NCBI GenBank assembly: GCA_048499805.1
Contig: JASNZF010000002.1
Location: 311,882 to 375,881 of the forward strand
Origin: Gemmatimonadales bacterium
Lineage (GTDB): Bacteria > Gemmatimonadota > Gemmatimonadetes > Gemmatimonadales > GWC2-71-9
DNA length: 64,000 nt
Direction of reading: 5' to 3'
The notes beneath the pieces were generated by a model. The model had not been told where the DNA came from. It saw only the letters and a list, made by a program, of their open reading frames with translations, and ran no database searches. The stretch's first letter is position 1; every line of letters begins with the position of its first letter. The translations under genes and the position numbers were made by a program. Shown in pieces: positions 57,536 to 64,000 of this stretch.

Positions 57536-60205
57536 ATGCCGGGACCGGCGCCATCCTCCCGCGAGCGCGCCATCCTGCACGCGCTCGGTCGCCGGATTGA
57601 TCCCTCCGACCCCGGCGCCCAGAACAACCTCGGGGTCCTCTTCCACGCCAAGGGAATGCCGGCCGAGGCCATCACCGCCTTCGTCCGGGCACTCGAACTC
57701 GATCCTCGGATGGCCCTGGCCCGGCGCAACCTCGAGCAGGTTCGGCGCGAGTCGGGCTACTATGACCGGCGGATCACCGAACTCAGCGAACAGCTGGCGC
57801 GGGATGCGGCCCGGGAAGACCTCCGCCTGGAACTGGGGCGCACCTGGCTGGCCCTGGGGGATCCCGAGCGCGCCGCCGCCGAGTTCCAGGTCCTGCACGA
57901 GCAGCGCCCCGGCGATGCCGGTGCCCTGATCCAGCTCGGCCTGGCCGCGCAGGCCAGCGGCCGGCACGATGCGGCCACCGACTGGTTCCGGAAGGCGGTC
58001 GCCCTGGAGCCCGAGAGCGGAGTCGCCCGGGTCTACCTGGGCGAGGCGCTCTACAACCAGGGGCTCAACGAACCGGCCCTCGAGGCGCTGACGGAGGCGC
58101 TCGCCCGGAGCCCCGACAACCCCGACCTCCACTTCCTGCTGGGGTTTGTCCAGGGTGACATGGGCGACCACGAGGCCGCCCGCGAGTCCGCCCGGCGGGC
58201 CATCGCCCTCAATCCCAGCCTCGCCCAGTCGGAACCGAACCTGGACCTCTCGCCGGGGCGTCGCCCGCGACTGACCCCGCCCCCCGGCGCCCGGCAGTCG
58301 CCGATCGCCGGCCCGGATCCACACACCGCCCTCGGTCGCGCCTTCCGGGCCCGCGGGTACCTGGCCGAGGCGCTCCGGGAATTCCGGCTCGCCCTGGACG
58401 GGGGCGAGGATCGGGCCGAGGCGCTCGAGGCGATGGCCGAGGTGCACGTGCTGCGGCGCGACTTCGCTCCCGCCCTCGACCTCTACGATCTCCTGCTGGC
58501 CGACCAGCCGGGGAATGCCCGGCTCTGGAACGCGCGGGGCGTCACCCTCCACCGGGCCGGTCGGCGGTCCGAGGCGCGCGCCGCCTATCGCCGGGCGGTC
58601 GAGTCCGATCCGACCTCCCATCAGGCCTGGAACAACCTCGGGGTGATCGCGGCGGGAGACCCACAGGGTCGGGACGCCGAGGAGGCGTTCCGCGCCGCCT
58701 TGCGGAGCAAGCCGGGGTTCCTGCAGGCCCGGCTCAACCTCGGGTTGTTCCAGTTCAGCCGACAGCGCTACCAGGAGGCGCTCGAGGAATACCGGGCGGT
58801 GCTGGTCGATCACCCGCGCAGCGCGGTGGCCTGGAACGGGGTCGGCCTGGTCCTGCAGGAGCTCCGGCGCACCAGCGATGCGAGGAATGCCTTTGGCCGG
58901 GCGGTGGACGCCGATCCCAACCTGGCCGGCGCCCGGTACAACCTCGCCTTCGCGCTGAGCCAGCTGGGCGAGTTCGAGGCGGCGCTGCGCGAAACCAGCC
59001 GTGCCCTCGAGCTCGAGCCGTATTACGTGCCGCAGAACTACGCCCTGGCCCTCCATCTCCCCGGGGAGGAAGGGATCATCCAGGTCGCACCGGACCTGAT
59101 GGGGGAGCTGTCCGGCGCCGCCGCCGGTGAATTCGTGTTCGACCCCGCGCTCCTCGATTCGCTCTTCGAGGAGATCGCTCCCCCCGCCCCGGAGGAGCCC
59201 GTCAAGGCCGCTGCGGATCCCTTCGCGCTGGCCCGGGACTACCTGAGCAAGGGCCTGCTCGAACTGGCGACCGCGGAGGCGAGCCGTGCGGTCGGTCGGG
59301 GTGCCCCGCGCGACGAAGCGGACATCCTGCTGGGCGAGGTCTACGCCCGCCGGGGGCTCCATGGCGAGGCGCTGGAGCGGTTCCAGTCTGCCCGGGAACG
59401 CAATCCCGAGAACCCGCGGGCACTTCTCGGGGCCGTCGCCTCGCTGCTGGCGCTGGATCGGCACTCGGAAGCGGTCCCCGCCGGGGAACTGCTGGTCGAG
59501 GTGGCGCCGACCCTGGCCGAGGCCTGGTCCTCGCGGGCCCGGATCCGGCTCGGCCTCGGCCTGGCGGGGCCGGCGCTGGAGGATGCGCGGGAGGCCTCGC
59601 GCCTCGACCCAGGGTGCGCCGAGCACCTGTTGCTCGAGGGGACGGCGGCGCGTCAGCTGGGCGACTTCGAGGGCGCGCTGCAGGCCTGTCGTGCCGCGCT
59701 CGCCCTCGACAAGGGACTGGCCCAGGCTTGGCTCGTCGTGGCCGAGATCGAGGTGGCGCGGGGCAACCTGGCGGAGGCGGTCGAGGGGTACCGGCGCGCG
59801 CTGGAGATCCTGCCGGCGCACCGGCAGGGGGTGCTGGCCCTCGCGCAGCTGCTCTGTCGCACCGACCGGGCCGGGGAGGCGGTGACGCTGGTGGCCAGTT
59901 ACCTGCAGGCCGAGCCGTTCGCCCTCGACGCCCTCATGATACTGGGGCAGGCGCTGCACCAGGACGGCCGCCCCGCCGAGGCGGTGCGCGCCTTCGACCG
60001 GGTGCTCCGCTTCGAGGCCGACCGCGCCGACGCCTGCTTCCACCGGGGAGCGGCCCGCGCGGCACTGCGCCAGTACCGGGCGGCGATCGCCGACTGGGAC
60101 CGGGTGGTCGCGCTGGAACCGCGGGGCGCCCTGGCCAGTGCGGCCCGCGCCCACGCCCGCAGCGCGCGGGAACTGCAGGGCATCCTCAAGCCGACGGAGC
60201 GCTGA
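57536..60205 (+). CDS. Large tetratricopeptide-repeat protein (889 aa)
   Basis: TPR-like A/L/G/N-rich 34-aa periodicity throughout (..AWNNLGV.., ..ARLNLGL.., ..ARYNLAF..). Confidence 0.8.
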   Translation: MPGPAPSSRERAILHALGRRIDPSDPGAQNNLGVLFHAKGMPAEAITAFVRALELDPRMALARRNLEQVRRESGYYDRRITELSEQLARDAAREDLRLELGRTWLALGDPERAAAEFQVLHEQRPGDAGALIQLGLAAQASGRHDAATDWFRKAVALEPESGVARVYLGEALYNQGLNEPALEALTEALARSPDNPDLHFLLGFVQGDMGDHEAARESARRAIALNPSLAQSEPNLDLSPGRRPRLTPPPGARQSPIAGPDPHTALGRAFRARGYLAEALREFRLALDGGEDRAEALEAMAEVHVLRRDFAPALDLYDLLLADQPGNARLWNARGVTLHRAGRRSEARAAYRRAVESDPTSHQAWNNLGVIAAGDPQGRDAEEAFRAALRSKPGFLQARLNLGLFQFSRQRYQEALEEYRAVLVDHPRSAVAWNGVGLVLQELRRTSDARNAFGRAVDADPNLAGARYNLAFALSQLGEFEAALRETSRALELEPYYVPQNYALALHLPGEEGIIQVAPDLMGELSGAAAGEFVFDPALLDSLFEEIAPPAPEEPVKAAADPFALARDYLSKGLLELATAEASRAVGRGAPRDEADILLGEVYARRGLHGEALERFQSARERNPENPRALLGAVASLLALDRHSEAVPAGELLVEVAPTLAEAWSSRARIRLGLGLAGPALEDAREASRLDPGCAEHLLLEGTAARQLGDFEGALQACRAALALDKGLAQAWLVVAEIEVARGNLAEAVEGYRRALEILPAHRQGVLALAQLLCRTDRAGEAVTLVASYLQAEPFALDALMILGQALHQDGRPAEAVRAFDRVLRFEADRADACFHRGAARAALRQYRAAIADWDRVVALEPRGALASAARAHARSARELQGILKPTER

Positions 60206-60208
60206 GCG

Positions 60209-61363
60209 ATGGCGATCCAGGGCCCACTGCGCGAGTTGGGCGTGCACGATGTCTTCCAGCTGCTCGATCTCGGGCGCAAGACCGGCACCCTGCGCATCCG
60301 GTCGGAGCTGCGCCAGAACCGGGGGACGATCTGGTTCGAACGGGGCGCGGTGGTGGCCGCCGCGATCGACAGCAACCCGCACCCGCTCGGCGGGATCCTG
60401 TTGCGGACCGGCAAGCTGCGCGAGGAGGATCTGGCCCGCGCCGTGCGAATGCAGGAACAGGGCGACACCCGCCGGATCGGCGAGATCCTCGTCGGGCTCA
60501 ACGCGATCACCCGGCGCGTCCTGGAGGAGCAGGTGCGCACCCAGGTCGAGGATGTCGTCTTCACCCTGCTCGGCTGGTCCGAGGGCCACTTCATCTTCGA
60601 GGAGGGGGAGGGGGACGACATCCCCCGCGACGCGGAGGTCCGGATCACCACCGAGTCGGTGCTCCTCGAGGCGGCGCGCCGGATCGACGAATGGTCCCAG
60701 ATCGAGTCCCAGGTGCCGCACCTTGGCGTCGTCGCCCAGCTCGCGGTCCTGCCCGGCGAGGACCGCCCCGGCTCCCTGCGCCTGGTGCCCTTCGAATGGC
60801 GGGTCCTGACCGCGGTCGATGGCTCTCGGGACGTCCGGGCAATCGCCACCGCCGTGGGGGCCTCGGAATTTGCCACTGCCCGGGCCCTATTCGGGCTGAC
60901 CTCGGCCGGTGTTATCGTCCTGCACGACGCCGCCGCCGCCTCGGTGGCCGCCGCGGCCGATCTCGAGGCGGATACGCTCCTCCAGCAGGCGGAGGAACAC
61001 CTCCGGTTGCATGACATCGAGGCGGCCCGGACGGTGGCGCGCGCGGCGCTGGCGGGACACCCTTCCGAGCCCGCGCCCCAGGTGTTTTTGGGACGGTTGG
61101 CGCTGATCGAGGGGCGGGTCCTCGATGCCCAGGAGCACCTTCGCGACGGGCTCCGGATGGATCCGGGCCACGCGCAGGCACGCCGGTTGCTCGGTGCAGC
61201 ACTGGCGGCCTCCGGGCGAATGGAGGAGGCGGCCCGGACCTGGGAGGAGTGGCTGGCGCTCGATCGCCGCCCCGTGGAGGAGGAACGACGTCGCGCCCAG
61301 GTCGCGGGAGGAGCCGCCGCCGCCCGGGTACTGGCCGACCTGATGAGGATGAGCAGTGACTGA
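60209..61363 (+). CDS. PATAN (DUF4388) domain protein with C-terminal TPR region
   Basis: N-terminus GPLRELGVHDVFQLLDLGRKTGTLRI is the DUF4388/PATAN signature. TPR-like C-terminus. Confidence 0.75.
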   Translation: MAIQGPLRELGVHDVFQLLDLGRKTGTLRIRSELRQNRGTIWFERGAVVAAAIDSNPHPLGGILLRTGKLREEDLARAVRMQEQGDTRRIGEILVGLNAITRRVLEEQVRTQVEDVVFTLLGWSEGHFIFEEGEGDDIPRDAEVRITTESVLLEAARRIDEWSQIESQVPHLGVVAQLAVLPGEDRPGSLRLVPFEWRVLTAVDGSRDVRAIATAVGASEFATARALFGLTSAGVIVLHDAAAASVAAAADLEADTLLQQAEEHLRLHDIEAARTVARAALAGHPSEPAPQVFLGRLALIEGRVLDAQEHLRDGLRMDPGHAQARRLLGAALAASGRMEEAARTWEEWLALDRRPVEEERRRAQVAGGAAAARVLADLMRMSSD

Positions 61364-62135
61364 TCCGATTGCCGCCTGGACCGCCGAGCTCAGCGCCGAC
61401 CCCGACAGCCTGGTCTTCCTCCAGCTCGGGGAGGCGCTGCGCCGCCGCCGCCTGCTCGACGGTGCCCTCGCGGTGGCGAAGGGCGGGGTGCAGCGCTATC
61501 CGGACCTGGCCGAGGCTCACGACCTCCTGGCCCGGGTCCTGTCCGACCGCGGGGAGGGCGATGCCGCATTCGATGCCTGGACCACCGCCCTCCGGCTGCA
61601 GCCCGAGATGGTCGGTCCCCTGAAGGGGCTCGGCTTCCTCTGCTATCGGATGGGCGACTTCGTCCGGGCGTTGCGCCAGCTGGAGGCGGCCGCCGCGCTC
61701 GCCCCCGATGATCCCAGTCTGGCGGTGGCCATCCCGCGGGTGCGCGCCCGCCTCGAGCAGCAGGCGACCGGGATGCCCGCCGACCCGTTCGAGGGGACCG
61801 AGGGTTGGCATGGCACCACCATGCTCCTCGACGCCCGCGGCCGACGGCTGGCCGGCAGCCTGCTTGCCCCGGACGGCGAGGATCACTCGGATGCCATTGC
61901 CGCCCGGCTCGCCGGGGTCTCCCGCGAGGCCAATCGGGCCGCCGTGCTGCTCGACCTCGGCTACTGGCACGCCATCCAGGTCGAGGGCCGCTCCGCCCAG
62001 CTGGTACTCACCGAACCGGCCAAGGAGGTCGTGCTGGTCATCCAGCGTCCCGCTGACACCCCGCCAGGACGCCTGCCGCTGATCGCCGATCGCGCCGGGG
62101 CCCTGGCGCGCCGGTGGCTGGAGCGGATGGCATGA
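61356..62135 (+). CDS. TPR plus Roadblock/LC7-like fusion protein
   Basis: N-terminal TPR helices. The C-terminal half (TTMLLDARGRRLAGSL ... VLVIQRPADTPPGRL) resembles Roadblock/LC7. Confidence 0.6.
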   Translation: MTDPIAAWTAELSADPDSLVFLQLGEALRRRRLLDGALAVAKGGVQRYPDLAEAHDLLARVLSDRGEGDAAFDAWTTALRLQPEMVGPLKGLGFLCYRMGDFVRALRQLEAAAALAPDDPSLAVAIPRVRARLEQQATGMPADPFEGTEGWHGTTMLLDARGRRLAGSLLAPDGEDHSDAIAARLAGVSREANRAAVLLDLGYWHAIQVEGRSAQLVLTEPAKEVVLVIQRPADTPPGRLPLIADRAGALARRWLERMA

Positions 62136-62482
62136 ACCGTTTCCTGACCGAGACCCTGGACCAGGTGTCCCGCGCCGACGGAGTGCGCGGGGCGCTCCTC
62201 GTCTCGGCGGAGGATGGCCTGGTCGTCGCCGAGGCGGCGATGGAGGGGATCGAGGCGGCGCCCGTCGCGGCGCTCGCGGCGAGCCTGGCTGGCCGCCTGG
62301 TCCAGGTGGCCGCGACGGCGGGGCAGGCCCCCCCCGCGCTGATCCACCTGGAGGCGACCGAGGGTGGCCTGTTCATCGCCATTGGCGAGGCGGGGCTCCT
62401 CCTGGTGGCGGTCACGACCGCCGACGCCAACGCCGGCGAGGTGCGCCTGGCGCTCCTCGACGGCGCCGGGCGGCTGTCCTGA
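62132..62482 (+). CDS. Roadblock/LC7-domain protein (MglC-like paralogue)
   Basis: ATGA overlap with the upstream gene. VRGALLVSAEDGLVVA ... LLLVAVTTADANAGEVR is a typical Roadblock pattern. Confidence 0.75.
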   Translation: MNRFLTETLDQVSRADGVRGALLVSAEDGLVVAEAAMEGIEAAPVAALAASLAGRLVQVAATAGQAPPALIHLEATEGGLFIAIGEAGLLLVAVTTADANAGEVRLALLDGAGRLS

Positions 62483-62943
62483 TGCGCGCCATCGAGCCGT
62501 GGGTGGAGGATCCGCTGCGGATCTTCCTGGCGGAGTCGGCTGCCCGAGTGGTCCTGCTGATGACGAGTGCGGGGCAGGTGATCGCGCAGCACGGCTTCAC
62601 CCGCTCGATGGACGTGATGTCGGCCGCTGCCCTCGGGGCCGGCATCGTCGCCAGCACCGAGGAGATCGGGCGAATCGTGGGCGATCCCGGCCTCGGTGCC
62701 CAGGCCCACCAGGGCAGCCGCCAGAGCATCGTCCTCTCCCCGTTCATGACCCCGGTCGGTCGGTGGATCGCGCTGGTGGTCTACGGCCCCGAGACCTCGC
62801 TGGGGCTGGTCCAGCTGTTCCTCAGCCGCATGGTGACCGACCTGCGCGTGGCGGCGCCAGTGGAGCCTGCCGCCCGGCCGGTGCTCGCCGAGGACTTCGA
62901 GCGCGACCTCAACGCGAGCCTCCGCTCCCTCTTCGGCCGGTAG
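62482..62943 (+). CDS. mglB: MglB-like Roadblock GTPase-activating protein
   Basis: VVLLMTSAGQVIAQHG ... ALVVYGPETSLGLVQLFLSRMVTDL parallels M. xanthus MglB (..TSLGLVRLRIKKA..). Sits directly upstream of mglA. Confidence 0.8.
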   Translation: MRAIEPWVEDPLRIFLAESAARVVLLMTSAGQVIAQHGFTRSMDVMSAAALGAGIVASTEEIGRIVGDPGLGAQAHQGSRQSIVLSPFMTPVGRWIALVVYGPETSLGLVQLFLSRMVTDLRVAAPVEPAARPVLAEDFERDLNASLRSLFGR

Positions 62944-62945
62944 TC

Positions 62946-63548
62946 ATGAGCCTCGTCAACTTTGCCTCGCGAGAGATCACCTGCAAGCTGGTCTACTATG
63001 GCCCCGGGCGCTCCGGCAAGACCACCAACCTGCACTACATCCACGGCCGGGTGCCCGAGATGCGCCGGGGACGGCTGATCTCGCTGGCCACCCAGTCGGA
63101 CCGGACCCTGTTCTTCGACTTCCTCCCGCTCGAACTGGGACAGATCTCGGGATTCACGACCCGCTTCCAGCTCTACACCGTGCCGGGGCAGGTCTACTAC
63201 AACGCCACCCGCCGCCTGGTGCTGCAGGGCGCCGACGGCGTCGTGTTCGTGGCCGACAGCCAGGCCCGACGGTTCCATGACAACGTCGAGAGCCTCCAGG
63301 ACCTGCAGGAGAACCTCCTGGACCACGGCGTCGACATCCGGGAACTGCCGCTGGTCATGCAGTACAACAAGCAGGACCTGCCGCGCGGCCTGACCCTGAC
63401 CCCCGAGGAACTGGACGACGCGCTGAATTTCCGGGGCGCGCCATCCCTGCCGGCCGATGCCCTCCACGGGGAAGGGGTGTTCGAGACCCTCAAGCAACTC
63501 TCCGGGCTGGTGCTGCAGCGGCTGGCCATGGCGCCGCCCGCGGGATGA
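62946..63548 (+). CDS. mglA: MglA, Ras-like polarity/motility GTPase
   Basis: Close to M. xanthus MglA over its full length (KLVYYGPGRSGKTTNL, DRTLFFDFLPL, LYTVPGQVYY, VVFVADSQ, QYNKQDL). Confidence 0.92.
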   Translation: MSLVNFASREITCKLVYYGPGRSGKTTNLHYIHGRVPEMRRGRLISLATQSDRTLFFDFLPLELGQISGFTTRFQLYTVPGQVYYNATRRLVLQGADGVVFVADSQARRFHDNVESLQDLQENLLDHGVDIRELPLVMQYNKQDLPRGLTLTPEELDDALNFRGAPSLPADALHGEGVFETLKQLSGLVLQRLAMAPPAG

Positions 63549-64000
63549 GCATCCTGGACCTCGAGGGCGCGACCTTCGAGACCTTCGTGGAGGGCCCCTC
63601 CAATCATGCCGCCGCCGCGGCGGCGCGCGAGGTTGCCGAGCACCCCACGGGCAGCGGCGCCTCACTCGTGCTCGTGGGCCCGCCCGGCGTCGGCAAGACC
63701 CACCTGCTGTCGGCGCTGACGGCGGCGGTGCGCGCCGGGGACTCCGGGTGCGAGGTGATCCAGGAGGCCGCCGCCGGCCTCCTCGATCGCGCCCGCGGCC
63801 TGGCCGGCGGGCTGGCCCCGCTGCACGAATGCGGACTGCTCGTGCTCGACGATGTCGACCAGATGGCCGGTCATCCGGAACTCGAGGGCGTCCTCCTCGA
63901 ACTCCTCCTGGGCCGCCTCCCGTTCGGGCGGCCGATCGTCCTGGCCAGCGCCCAGCCCCTCGACGCGCTCGGTCGGGTGGGTGCCGAGATCACCGAGCAG
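63545..64000 (+). CDS. DnaA/Hda-like AAA+ ATPase, N-terminal part (3' end outside window)
   Basis: ATGA overlap with mglA. TFETFVEGPSNHAAAAAAREVAE ... LVLVGPPGVGKTHLLSAL ... LLVLDDVD match DnaA domain III / Hda Walker A and B. The ORF is open to the window end and is not in the track. Confidence 0.7.
   Translation, partial: MSILDLEGATFETFVEGPSNHAAAAAAREVAEHPTGSGASLVLVGPPGVGKTHLLSALTAAVRAGDSGCEVIQEAAAGLLDRARGLAGGLAPLHECGLLVLDDVDQMAGHPELEGVLLELLLGRLPFGRPIVLASAQPLDALGRVGAEITEQ

Noticed and set aside
56555-60721. 1388-aa minus-strand ORF antisense to cheA/cheC/TPR/PATAN genes
   Set aside because: Same high-GC antisense artefact. It has no motifs, and the + strand frames carry clear CheA, CheC, TPR and DUF4388 signatures.

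Overview
This is a 64-kb window from a very G+C-rich bacterial chromosome. Gene content (CBM9/DUF5916 outer-membrane protein, ThuA, Minf_1886-family protein, DUF2723, mglBA) hints at a Gemmatimonadota-like soil bacterium, but that lineage call is inference only. There are about 60 credible protein genes, mostly housekeeping and mostly on the + strand, many with 1-4 nt start/stop overlaps. In order they include a partial leucine-dehydrogenase-like gene, rpiB, glyA, nnr, thiL, plsC, eno and ftsB. A block of secreted or envelope hydrolases follows at 19-26 kb. Then come redox enzymes, an ECF sigma/anti-sigma pair with a metalloprotease, fahA, pdxH, an S9 peptidase, a CDF transporter, tilS, hpt, ftsH, DUF2723, yggS, divIVA, ileS, a dksA-like gene, lspA and rluD. 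The backbone is interrupted at about 8.2-18.55 kb by a visibly lower-G+C integrative element of about 10.3 kb. Its ends lie in the anticodon loop of a host tRNA-Met(CAU), so the two host tRNA halves now sit 10 kb apart. The element carries its own intact tRNA-Met, a tyrosine integrase, an AlpA/Xis-like HTH protein and small regulators. It also carries a pC194-type rolling-circle Rep with a candidate origin. Its cargo is four + strand genes: two unknown proteins, an MmeI-family type IIL restriction-modification enzyme, and a PIN-like unknown. This cargo block is the best candidate for an undescribed system. The right end (54.2-64 kb) is one tightly packed gene train: cheW-cheY-cheA-cheC, a TPR protein, a PATAN(DUF4388) protein, three Roadblock proteins including mglB, mglA, and a DnaA-like AAA+ gene. 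I saw no rRNA, CRISPR array or transposase. The many long antisense ORFs in the track are high-GC artefacts.
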